Below, piece by piece: positions 30,103 through 38,723 of a stretch of DNA of 64,000 nucleotides. Where the stretch lies: NCBI GenBank assembly GCA_049587975.1, contig JBAVEY010000149.1, forward strand, positions 20,728 to 84,727, given 5' to 3'. The position numbers were made by a program, and so were the translations under genes. The notes under the pieces were generated by a model. That model had not been told where the DNA came from and ran no database searches. It saw nothing but the letters and a program-made list of their open reading frames with translations. This stretch comes from Actinomycetota bacterium. Lineage in GTDB: Bacteria > Actinomycetota > UBA4738 > HRBIN12. Positions within the stretch are counted from its first letter, which is position 1. The number at the start of each line of letters is the position of its first letter.

Positions 30103-31938
30103 CTACGCCGGCGGCGGAGCGTCCGGACGCGGCGGGGGCGGCCGGTGGCCGTTGCCGCCGCCGGGCCGCCCGTTCCCCTCGGGTTCGAAACCGCTCCCGT
30201 CGTCCGCGCCCGTCACCGGGACCTCGATCGGCTCGCGCTCGCCGAGCTCGGCCATGAGCACCTCGATCTCGTCGCCGACGAGCTCCTCCCGTTCGAAGAG
30301 GGCATCGCGGACGCCCTCGACCACGTGGCGCTTCTTGAGCAGGAGGTTGCGGACGTTGTCGCGGCAGTCGTTCAAGATCGCGTCGATCTCCTTGCGGCGA
30401 TCGCCGTCCGAGAGCACGACCCCGATCGGATCCATCTCGCCGTACGGCCCGGGCCCCGAGGCCGCGGCCGAGATCAGGCTGCGCCCCATCCCGTACACGC
30501 CCACGTACGCCGCCGCGTTGCGGGTCGCGTTCACGAGATCCGATGACGGCCCCGAGGTCGTCTGGCCGTACCAGATCTCCTCGGCCACCAGGCCGGCGAG
30601 CGAGACCTGGATGCGTGCCAGCAGCTGCTTCTGGGTCCGAAGGAACATCTCCTCGATCTCCTGCGTGGAGACCAGGCCGAGCGCCGACTCGCGCTTCTGG
30701 ATCGTGATGACCTGGATCTGCAGCTCCTCGCGTTCCAGCGCGTACGAGGCGACCGCGTGGGCGCCCTCGTGGACCGCGACCATCGCCTTCTCGCGGGGCG
30801 AGTACTTGACCGGCTGCTTGAGCCCGATCTCCTCGCTCAGCTTCGCCTGCCACAGGTCGTCCCAGCGCAGCGCGTCACGCCCGTCCTGGAGCGCGAACAG
30901 CAGGGCCTCGTTCACGATGTTCTTGAGAGATGCCGGCGAGTAGCCGACGGTCATGCGCGAGAGCTTCGGGTAGTCGATCGGCTCGTGCCGCACCTTGGCC
31001 AGGTAGTACTCGAGGATGTCCTGGCGCCCCTCCGCGTCGGGCAGGCCGACGTGGATCTTGCGGTCGAACCGACCGGGCCGGATCAGCGCCGGATCCAGGG
31101 TGGACGCGCGGTTGGTCGCCCCGATCACGAGGATGTTGTAGAAGGGCACCTTCGGCTTGGCGCGGAACGCGATCCGCCGCACGTGACGCCACAGACCCCG
31201 TGGCACCGTGAAGCCGTCCATCTGCACGAGCAGCTCGTTGATCACGCCCATCCCGCCGCCGCCGTTCATGCCGGCGCCCATGAAGATCCGGTCCGTCGCG
31301 CGATCGCCTGCGGTGCGGTCCGTCGACACCGCGCCTCGCGAACCGACCGCGTCGATCTCGTCGATGAAGATCACGGACCCGCCGTACTTGTCCGACATCA
31401 CGCGGCCCTTCTTGAACAGCTTGCGAACCTTCAGGTTCCCGATGCCCATGAACATGTTCGCGAAGCCGGAGCCCGTGGCGAACAGGAACGGCACGCCGGA
31501 GGCGCCCGCGATCGCCTTGGCCATCAACGTCTTCCCGGTGCCCGGCGGACCCTCGAACAGGATGCCGTGCGGCGGGTAGCCGCCCATCTGCTTGAAGTCC
31601 TTGAAGCCCTCGAAGACGCGGAGGACCTCCTTGGTCGACTCCACGGCGGCGGGCTGCCCTCGCACGTCGTCGAACGACGTGTCGTACTCGTTCGGGTAGA
31701 TCACATAGTCGTTGCCGCGCGACAGGAACCAGAACAGCGCGCCGAACTGCAGGATGATGAAGAAGACCAGGATCAGTGCCTGCAGCATGAAGGGCCGCAG
31801 CTGGGTGACCACGAGCGAGGGGTTGCTGAGCGATTGGCTGGGGGACAACCCCATGAAGAGCCAGGCCGCGAACATGTAGATCGCGAGCACCCACGCCGCG
31901 CGCTTGAGCCAGCGGCCGTACCGGCGGTACTCATCCAT
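30103..31938 (-). CDS. Divergent FtsH-family membrane AAA+ zinc metalloprotease
   Basis: Two N-terminal transmembrane helices flank a short loop. The AAA module (GPPGTGKTL; Walker B IFIDEIDA) carries an unusual insertion. The M41 peptidase domain has HEGAH (HExxH) and a downstream ...AEEIWYG...SSDL region. Confidence 0.7.
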   Translation of the reverse strand: MDEYRRYGRWLKRAAWVLAIYMFAAWLFMGLSPSQSLSNPSLVVTQLRPFMLQALILVFFIILQFGALFWFLSRGNDYVIYPNEYDTSFDDVRGQPAAVESTKEVLRVFEGFKDFKQMGGYPPHGILFEGPPGTGKTLMAKAIAGASGVPFLFATGSGFANMFMGIGNLKVRKLFKKGRVMSDKYGGSVIFIDEIDAVGSRGAVSTDRTAGDRATDRIFMGAGMNGGGGMGVINELLVQMDGFTVPRGLWRHVRRIAFRAKPKVPFYNILVIGATNRASTLDPALIRPGRFDRKIHVGLPDAEGRQDILEYYLAKVRHEPIDYPKLSRMTVGYSPASLKNIVNEALLFALQDGRDALRWDDLWQAKLSEEIGLKQPVKYSPREKAMVAVHEGAHAVASYALEREELQIQVITIQKRESALGLVSTQEIEEMFLRTQKQLLARIQVSLAGLVAEEIWYGQTTSGPSSDLVNATRNAAAYVGVYGMGRSLISAAASGPGPYGEMDPIGVVLSDGDRRKEIDAILNDCRDNVRNLLLKKRHVVEGVRDALFEREELVGDEIEVLMAELGEREPIEVPVTGADDGSGFEPEGNGRPGGGNGHRPPPPRPDAPPPA

Positions 31939-32015
31939 GGCGATCGACCTCCCGGGCTGCGGTCGTTCGCCCGAGTCTACGCCGAGACCCCGGCGCCCGC
32001 CGCTAGGCTCCTGCC

Positions 32016-32630
32016 GTGCCGCGGGACCCGTTCGTCGAGCTCGAGGATGCCCGCAGGAGCGTGCTCGCGGAGGCCGAGCGGTTCGTCGACGAGCTCGAGC
32101 CCGCCCTGGGCGAGAGCCTGCGGGCCGGGTTCGCGCGGCTCAAGGTCGCCCAGGCCGACGCGGCGGGGCGGCTCGGCCAGGAGAGCCAGGCGGCCCTCGA
32201 ACGTGCGGTGGACCGGGCGATCGATCTCGGCGTGACCGAGGTGATCGGGCGGCTGCGCTCGCCCGAGCTCTGGCTGGCGCCGCTCACCGCGCCCGACCTG
32301 CCGCCGCGGACCGACCCGGCTCGCCCGCTCGGGATGCCCGAGTGGGTCGCGCGGCTGGGGCGCTCGGTACGCGAACGCCCATCGCTCGGCGCGCTCGACG
32401 ACATGTCCAACCGCATCTGGGTCGCGGTCTCCGCGGCCGCCAAGCCGCTCGATCCGGTGCTCAAGGAGTTCGGGTTCCGGCCGGAGCGCCGGCGTCTGGG
32501 CGGGGGCAGCTTCGGCGTGGCGGCGCGGACGTTGCCACAGCTCGATCCGAGCGGCGGGCTGGGGCGCCGGTGGAAGCGGTACCGCGCCGCGTACGAACGT
32601 CTCGTCGCGCTCGCCGCCGCGGACCTCTAG
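32016..32630 (+). CDS. Hypothetical protein
   Basis: 204-aa ORF with no recognisable motifs, convergent with the Lrp gene. Confidence 0.35.
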   Translation: MPRDPFVELEDARRSVLAEAERFVDELEPALGESLRAGFARLKVAQADAAGRLGQESQAALERAVDRAIDLGVTEVIGRLRSPELWLAPLTAPDLPPRTDPARPLGMPEWVARLGRSVRERPSLGALDDMSNRIWVAVSAAAKPLDPVLKEFGFRPERRRLGGGSFGVAARTLPQLDPSGGLGRRWKRYRAAYERLVALAAADL

Positions 32631-33088
32631 GTCGGAGCGCTCGGACCCGGACCGAGTGGGCGCCCCTCGAACGGCACGGAGAGCACGACCGTCGTCGTGG
32701 TGTTCACCTCGGCCTTCTCGCGGAGCGTTCGGATCAGGTCCTCCAGCGCGGTGGGGGTGCGTACCCGCACCTTCAAGATGTAGTTGGCCTCGCCCGCCAC
32801 GCTCAGGCAGTCGACGACCTCGGTGAAGTCCCGCACGCGTTCGGGCAGGTCGTCGGCCTGCGTGGGATCGAACGGCGTCACGGCGATCAGCGCAGTGACG
32901 AACAGCCCGAGCGCCTCGGGGTCGACGATCGCTCGGTAGCCGCGGATCGCGCCGCTCCGTTCGAGCTTGCGGACGCGGTCGTGGACGGAGGAGGCGGAGA
33001 GGCCGGCGCGACGGCCGATGTCGGCATAGGTCGCCCGGGCGTCCTCTTGGAGCGCCGCGATGATCTCAAGATCGCGCTCGTCCACCAC
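32627..33088 (-). CDS. Lrp/AsnC-family transcriptional regulator
   Basis: An N-terminal HTH (DERDLEIIAALQEDARATYADIGRRAGLSASSVHDRVRKLERSGAI) is followed by a RAM/ACT-like C-terminal domain. Confidence 0.8.
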   Translation of the reverse strand: MVDERDLEIIAALQEDARATYADIGRRAGLSASSVHDRVRKLERSGAIRGYRAIVDPEALGLFVTALIAVTPFDPTQADDLPERVRDFTEVVDCLSVAGEANYILKVRVRTPTALEDLIRTLREKAEVNTTTTVVLSVPFEGRPLGPGPSAPT

Positions 33089-33246
33089 CCGCGTATCGTA
33101 CGGCGCTCCACGTGGCCGAGCCTGTGGAGCCGCGACGGCCCACGTCGCGAACCCCGGGGCGGCCGATTCCCGCGAGCCGCTGATCGATGTACAACGTACC
33201 GGTAGTACCGGACGCGGCTCGACCTCCTCGGAGCCGGGGAGGACAC

Positions 33247-33924
33247 GTGGTCGCGACGGCGTTGGTTCCGCGCGTGCGGTTCGTCTGCGTCCGACGCGCG
33301 GGGGTCGAACGGCGCTTCGCGGTGCTCGACGCCCAGGCCCGCGAACGCTACGTCGAGCTGGTCGCGGGCGCGGCCGAAGCGATCGAGGCCCTCCTCTCGC
33401 CGGCCGTGATCGCGAACCGGGTCGCGTCCTGGCGCCTGGATCCGCCCGAGCTCCGGCTGCGACCGTGGCGGCTCGAACGCCGGGTGTTCGCCGCGCGGTT
33501 GGGGAGCCTCGCCTCGCGGCGGGGCGCCATCGCGTTCGCCGACGTCCGGCGGTGCTACGCGTCGATCTCGCCCGCGACGGTGGGGCGGACGCTCCAGCTG
33601 GCCGGCAGCCCGAACGCGGAGGAGGTCGAGAGGTTCCTCGCCGAGCTCCAGCCCTTCGGCGTCCGCGGGCTTCCCGTCGGTCCCGACGGGTCGGCCGTGC
33701 TCGCGAACGCCGTCCTCGCCCCGGTCGACCGGGCGCTGCGGGACTCGGGGATCGAACACCTGCGCTGGGTGGACGACGTGGTCCTGCGCGGCACCGACCC
33801 GCAGGCCGCCGTGACCGTGTTCCGGCACGCGCTCGCCGAGCTCGGCCTGCGGCCGAACGAGCGCAAGACCCGACTCGTCCTCGACCCCGCGTCGCTGCGG
33901 GGATCGGTGTCCGCCGGGCGGTAA
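33247..33924 (+). CDS. Compact reverse-transcriptase-domain protein (fingers/palm only; no thumb or accessory domain)
   Basis: RT motifs are present in order: motif A AIAFADVRRCYASI, motif B' GLPVGPDGSAVLANAVLAPVD, motif C RWVDDVVL (a YxDD variant) and motif 6/7 LGLRPNERKTRLV. GTG at 33247 is preceded by GGGGAGGA; an alternative ATG lies at 33187. Confidence 0.55.
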   Translation: MVATALVPRVRFVCVRRAGVERRFAVLDAQARERYVELVAGAAEAIEALLSPAVIANRVASWRLDPPELRLRPWRLERRVFAARLGSLASRRGAIAFADVRRCYASISPATVGRTLQLAGSPNAEEVERFLAELQPFGVRGLPVGPDGSAVLANAVLAPVDRALRDSGIEHLRWVDDVVLRGTDPQAAVTVFRHALAELGLRPNERKTRLVLDPASLRGSVSAGR

Positions 33925-33971
33925 CCGGGTCGGAGGGGTCGCGGCGTCGCCTGGGCTAAGCTCGCTCGACG

Positions 33972-35483
33972 ATGAAGACGCTGTACCGTGCTTCGCGCGT
34001 CCACACTCTCTCCTACCCGGCGTTGGGGGAGTGGGTGTTGGTCGACGGGCGCCACGTCGAGCGCGTGGGAACGGGCGACATCCCGGGGGCCGACCGCGTC
34101 GTTGACCTGCCCGGGACGACGATCCTGCCCGGCTTCATCGACACCCACGTTCACCTCACGGGCACCGGCGTGCACCACCAGGCGCCCGAGCTCGGTTCGG
34201 TGTCCTCGGCCGCGGATCTGCTCGCCGCCGTGCGCGAGATCGCGGCGGGCCGACAGGGCCCGGTCTACCTCCACGGCTGGGACGAATCGGGGTGGCCGGA
34301 TCGCACCCTGCCGACGCTCCATGAGCTGGATGCGGTGACCGACCGGCCCCTGGGGCTCTCGCGCGTCGACGGGCACCTGGTCCTCGTCAACACCGCGGCC
34401 CTGCAGGCGACCGAAGCGGGCCGTGAGCGCGGGGTCGAGACCGACGCCGCCGGCGCGCCGGACGGGCGGCTCACCGCCGCGGCGGGGCAGGTCGCGAAGC
34501 GATGGTTCTCGACCAACCTGTCCGAGCACGACGTGGAGGAGCTGCAGCTGGAAGGCGCGAGCCTGGCCGTCGCGCACGGTGTCACGACGATCCACGAGAT
34601 GTCGATGCCGGCCGATCGCGGCATGCGCGACCTCGAGATCCTCCTCGCGCACCGCACCCGGCTGCCCCTCGACGTAGTGAGCTACGTCGCGACGACGGAC
34701 CTGTCCACGGTGATGGATCTCGGACTGCCTCGGATCGGCGGGGACCTTCCCGTGGACGGCTCGATCGGGGCCCGGACGGCGTTCGTGTCCGGAGGGTTCG
34801 TCGACCGGGACGGCGGTCCCCGCGGATACTTCGGGGACGACGAGCTCGCCCAGTTCTTTCACGACGGCCATCTCGCCGGGCTGCAGGTCGGCGTCCACGC
34901 GATCGGTGATGCCGCGGTCGAACAGGTCGTCGGGACATGGGAGCGGGTGTATCAGTCGCTCGACTCGCGGCAGCGTCGGCACTTCCGGGCCCGACGCCAT
35001 CGCATCGAGCACTTCGAGATGGCGAGCCTCGACGTGATCGAGCGCGCCGCGATGCTCGGCCTCGCGATCAGCGTGCAACCGACGTTCGACGCCCGGTGGG
35101 GCTTTCCCGGCAGCCTGTACGAACAGAGCCTGGGCCCCGATCGGGCCGCGTCGATGAACCGCTTCCGTGACCTCCTCAGCCGCGGGATGGAGCTCGGAGC
35201 GGGCTCGGACTCGCCGATCACCACGATCGACCCGCTCGTGGGCGTGTCGGCGTTCGAGGGTCACCATGACCCGTCGCAGCGGCTCGGTCGGGAGGAAGCG
35301 GTGCGGGTGTTCACCCTGGGGAGCGCCCGGCTCGCGCATCAGGAAGACAAGAAGGGGAGCCTGGAGCCGGGCAAGCACGCGGACTTCGCCGTGTACGAGG
35401 TCGACCCGCTCGAGACACCCTCGCTCGAGGGCCTGCGACCGATCCTCACGGTGAGCCTCGGTCGCGACGTGTACGCCGCGTGA
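33972..35483 (+). CDS. Metal-dependent amidohydrolase (amidohydrolase-3-like), paralogous in family to 1577..3256
   Basis: Motifs GFIDTHVHLTG, GVHAIGD and a GSDSPI-like segment are present. It lies 48 nt downstream of the RT-like ORF. Confidence 0.7.
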   Translation: MKTLYRASRVHTLSYPALGEWVLVDGRHVERVGTGDIPGADRVVDLPGTTILPGFIDTHVHLTGTGVHHQAPELGSVSSAADLLAAVREIAAGRQGPVYLHGWDESGWPDRTLPTLHELDAVTDRPLGLSRVDGHLVLVNTAALQATEAGRERGVETDAAGAPDGRLTAAAGQVAKRWFSTNLSEHDVEELQLEGASLAVAHGVTTIHEMSMPADRGMRDLEILLAHRTRLPLDVVSYVATTDLSTVMDLGLPRIGGDLPVDGSIGARTAFVSGGFVDRDGGPRGYFGDDELAQFFHDGHLAGLQVGVHAIGDAAVEQVVGTWERVYQSLDSRQRRHFRARRHRIEHFEMASLDVIERAAMLGLAISVQPTFDARWGFPGSLYEQSLGPDRAASMNRFRDLLSRGMELGAGSDSPITTIDPLVGVSAFEGHHDPSQRLGREEAVRVFTLGSARLAHQEDKKGSLEPGKHADFAVYEVDPLETPSLEGLRPILTVSLGRDVYAA

Positions 35484-35559
35484 CACCAGCGCGTTTGACA
35501 CGGCGGTGTCCCGGCGTAGTATCCGGCGTTGCGTCGGCCGCTCCGGCGGTGGGCGCATG

Positions 35560-35629
35560 GAGGACCCAAGAGGCTGAGTAGAGAACGCGGCGCCCCGGCG
35601 CCGCGGCCCCAAAGGTCTCTTGGGTCCTC
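35560..35629 (+). other. Long GC-rich hairpin (13-bp outer stem with nested palindrome) between amidohydrolase and DUF4193-like gene
   Basis: gaggacccaagag...ctcttgggtcctc are perfectly complementary arms, and the interior cgcggcgcc-cc-ggcgccgcg is itself palindromic. No U-tract follows. Confidence 0.4.
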
Positions 35630-35819
35630 ATCTCGTGCCAACCCGACGATCTCCTCCCGCCGACGAGCACGACCCGTGCCTGATGGTGAGCCGTGCGACC
35701 TAGCTCGGTTCGGCGGCCGCGACGGGAATGAATCGGCTCCGCGCGGCGTTGTGGCCGCGGAGCACTTGCCAGGAAGATGCGCGGCAGTACAATCCCCCGG
35801 CCGAAAAGAGGGACCGCAG

Positions 35820-36173
35820 GTGGAAGACCTCGAGGACACGCTCGAAGACGAAGAGGTCGACGAGGAGGGTGCCGAGCCCGACACCGCGGACGAGGACGCC
35901 CCGGCGACCCCGCCGGCGGCCGCGGCGGCCGGCGACGAGGACGTGGAATCGATCCAGGACATCCTCGTCAAGCAGGAGGCTCGCTCCGAGGAAGCCGAGG
36001 AGACCGAGGAGGAATCGGTCCTGACGCTGTCGCGTGAGGAGCGCCTCGAGCCCCTCGCTGTCAAAGTCGTGCCCCCCCAGCCGACCGAGTTCATCTGCTC
36101 CAACTGCTACCTGGTCAAGCACCGGAGCCAGCTGAAGGACAAGGCGAAGATGCTCTGCCGGGATTGCGCCTGA
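35820..36173 (+). CDS. DUF4193-like acidic protein with C-terminal zinc ribbon
   Basis: GTG at 35820 follows a GAGGGA Shine-Dalgarno. A highly acidic N-terminal half is followed by C-terminal FICSNCYLVKHRSQL...LCRDCA. Confidence 0.55.
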   Translation: MEDLEDTLEDEEVDEEGAEPDTADEDAPATPPAAAAAGDEDVESIQDILVKQEARSEEAEETEEESVLTLSREERLEPLAVKVVPPQPTEFICSNCYLVKHRSQLKDKAKMLCRDCA

Positions 36174-38407
36174 GCCCCAGCGGGCTCCGGCTCCCGTACG
36201 CCATCCTGATCGCCGCGGCTGCGGGCGCGGTCTTGTCCCTCGCCTTCCCGCCGGCGGGGATCTGGCCGCTGGTGTTCGTCGCCCCGATCCCGCTGCTCTG
36301 GCTCGTGCGTGGCTCGCGACCCGGTCGGGCGGCCCTCTGCGGGTTCGCGTTCGGCTTCGTGTACTTCGGCGCGCTCCTGTACTGGATCCTTCTGTTCGGC
36401 GAACTCGGATGGGCCTCCCTGGTCATGATGTCGGCCGGGTTCATGGCGGCCTTCGGCGCCCTGGCGCCCGCCGTGTGGCATCGGGACCACCCGCTGCTGG
36501 GCACCCTGGGACTCGCGAGCCTGTGGACCATCATCGAGTGGCTCCGGGGGATGATCCCGCTCGGCGGGTTCGGCTGGGGACAGCTCGGGGTGACCCAGGT
36601 GGATGCGCCGGCGCTGCCGCTCGCGTCGATCGGCGGGGTCTGGGCGCTGTCGTTCTGCGTGATCATGGTGTCGGGCTTGCTGCTGCTCGCGGCGGAGCGG
36701 TGGGGGGGCGGTCGCCGGTCGAGAGCGCTCGCGTTCGCGGGGTGTGCGATCGCCCTGGCCGTCGTTCCCGCGGCCATCCCCGTACCGGTCGCGAACGGGC
36801 GCGACATCGACGTCGCGACCATCCAGGTCGACGTCGGGTCGGTCCAGGACCTCGTCGGTGCCGAGGAGGACCTGGCCGTCGCACGGCTGAACATCGACCG
36901 GCACCTCGCGCTCGCGCAGGACCCGCCAGACCTGGTCGTGTGGGGGGAGGGCGCCCTGGATCCCGGGGTGACGAACGATCCGGCGGCGATGGGGGAGGTG
37001 AGCGACGCGGTCGCCTCGGTCGGAGCGCCCACGATCGCCGGAGCCGTGATCGACGACCCTGACGGCACGGAGCACACGGCCACGCTTGCCTTCGACGGGA
37101 CCGGCGCGGTCGTGGATCGCTACGAGAAGGTGAAGCTGGTCCCGTTCGGCGAGTACGTGCCCTTCCGGGACGAGCTCGGCTGGATCTCGGCGATCGACCA
37201 GATCCCGGTGGACCGGACGCCGGGCGACGCGGTCACGCTGATCTCGCTGCCGGGCCTCCCCCCGATCGGGACCCCCATCTGCTACGAGAACAGCTTCCCC
37301 TCGATCGACAGGGAGATGACGCGCGAGGGCGCCGGTTTCCTGACGGTCGTGATCAACAACGCCTCGTACGGACGCACGGCCGCGTCCGAGCAACACCTGC
37401 AGATGAGCCGGCTCCGGGCGGTGGAGAACGCGCGATGGGTGGTGCACGCGGCGGTCTCGGGCATCAGCGCCTTCATCGACGAGGAGGGCCACGTCGTGGA
37501 TTCGCGTGGCCTGTTCGAACCGGCCACCATGCGGGCGATGGTCCGTACGTCGGATCGCCGAACCGTCTACACGCGGCTGGGGGACTGGGTGCCATGGGGC
37601 TCGGTCCTGCTGGTCCTCGGCCTCCTCGCGCTCCCACGGGGACGGCGAGGGCCCCTCCGGCGACCGGGGCCGCTGCCCGAGCGCCCGAGGACCCTGGTCA
37701 TCCTCCCCACCTACAACGAGCGCGCCACGATCGAGGCCGTGCTCGACGGGCTCGCCGCCGTGGGGCCCGAACTGGACGTCCTCGTGGTCGACGACGGTTC
37801 TCCCGACGGCACGGGCGAGGTCGTCCGGACGCGCTCGGGGTCCGATCCGCACGTCCATCTGGTCGAGCGGCCACGCAAGTCCGGGCTCGCGAGCGCGTAC
37901 GCGGTCGGGTTCGAACGCGCGATCTCGCAGGGGTACGACCTGGCCGTCGAGATGGACTCGGACCTGTCGCACCGGCCCCAGGAGCTGTCGAGGCTCCTGG
38001 AAGCCGCGGGACGGCACCACCTGGTGATCGGGAGCCGGTATGTCCCGGGCGGCTCGGTCACGAACTGGAGCCGATCCCGCCTGGCGCTCTCGAGAGCCGG
38101 GAACCTCTACACGAGGTTCTGCCTGGGGTTCGGCATCCACGACGCCACGAGCGGATTCCGCGTCTATCGGCGCGAGGCGCTCGAGGAGGTCGCCGCGGCC
38201 CCGATCCGCTCGGACGGCTACGGCTTCCAGATCGAGCTCGTCTACCGCGCGTGGAACCGCGGCCTGTCGGTCGGCGAGGCGCCCATCTCGTTCAGAGAGC
38301 GTGAGCACGGCCAGTCGAAGATCAGCCGTCGCATCGTGGTGGAGGCGCTCTGGCTCGTCACCCTGTGGGGCTTGCGGGCCCGGTTCCGGCCCCCGCCGGA
38401 GCTCTGA
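36164..38407 (+). CDS. Fused apolipoprotein N-acyltransferase (Lnt, CN-hydrolase) and polyprenol-phosphate mannose synthase (Ppm1, GT2)
   Basis: The N-terminal polytopic membrane region plus a CN-hydrolase domain (E..K..C triad region around CYENSFP) is followed by a GT2 dolichol-phosphate mannosyltransferase-like domain (LVILPTYNER, VVDDGSPDGT, DSDLSH). This is the same two-domain architecture as M. tuberculosis Ppm1. A TTG start at 36164 overlaps the upstream stop. Confidence 0.8.
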   Translation: MRLSPSGLRLPYAILIAAAAGAVLSLAFPPAGIWPLVFVAPIPLLWLVRGSRPGRAALCGFAFGFVYFGALLYWILLFGELGWASLVMMSAGFMAAFGALAPAVWHRDHPLLGTLGLASLWTIIEWLRGMIPLGGFGWGQLGVTQVDAPALPLASIGGVWALSFCVIMVSGLLLLAAERWGGGRRSRALAFAGCAIALAVVPAAIPVPVANGRDIDVATIQVDVGSVQDLVGAEEDLAVARLNIDRHLALAQDPPDLVVWGEGALDPGVTNDPAAMGEVSDAVASVGAPTIAGAVIDDPDGTEHTATLAFDGTGAVVDRYEKVKLVPFGEYVPFRDELGWISAIDQIPVDRTPGDAVTLISLPGLPPIGTPICYENSFPSIDREMTREGAGFLTVVINNASYGRTAASEQHLQMSRLRAVENARWVVHAAVSGISAFIDEEGHVVDSRGLFEPATMRAMVRTSDRRTVYTRLGDWVPWGSVLLVLGLLALPRGRRGPLRRPGPLPERPRTLVILPTYNERATIEAVLDGLAAVGPELDVLVVDDGSPDGTGEVVRTRSGSDPHVHLVERPRKSGLASAYAVGFERAISQGYDLAVEMDSDLSHRPQELSRLLEAAGRHHLVIGSRYVPGGSVTNWSRSRLALSRAGNLYTRFCLGFGIHDATSGFRVYRREALEEVAAAPIRSDGYGFQIELVYRAWNRGLSVGEAPISFREREHGQSKISRRIVVEALWLVTLWGLRARFRPPPEL

Positions 38408-38723
38408 TTCCACCAGGCGAGACGCCGGGAACGTACGTTATGACAAGTTCATTGTTATCCTCACACTCACCCACCCCGATCTACCAACCCAACCCCTCGG
38501 CCAAGGCCCAACCGACCCCCGTCCGGGTTGCCCTTCGAGGCAGTGGCCCTACACTCTGCGCGTCCAGCCTGGGGCGGCTGTGGCGTACATCGAAGGGCTT
38601 ACGACACGCACCGACCTTCGGCCGATGATGTAGCCCAAACCGGGGTCGTACCATCGCCATGACGGGGACCCGAGGTGTCCCCCGGTTGTTTCAACCGACA
38701 ACGGCTAAGGGGAGGTACGACAC

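Noticed and set aside
33000-33260. Retron-like msr/msd ncRNA with a1/a2 inverted repeats upstream of the RT-like ORF
   Set aside because: The intergenic space to the Lrp gene is under 160 nt. I could only see a short direct repeat (gtaccgg...gtaccgg), not the long flanking inverted repeats typical of retrons. I cannot exclude an ncRNA overlapping the Lrp coding region or lying downstream.
38461-38520. 6C small RNA candidate based on C-rich runs (cacccacccc, caacccaacccc)
   Set aside because: 6C RNA needs two stable stem-loops presenting C-rich loops. I could not fold such stems around these runs by eye, so it was kept only as a generic leader observation.
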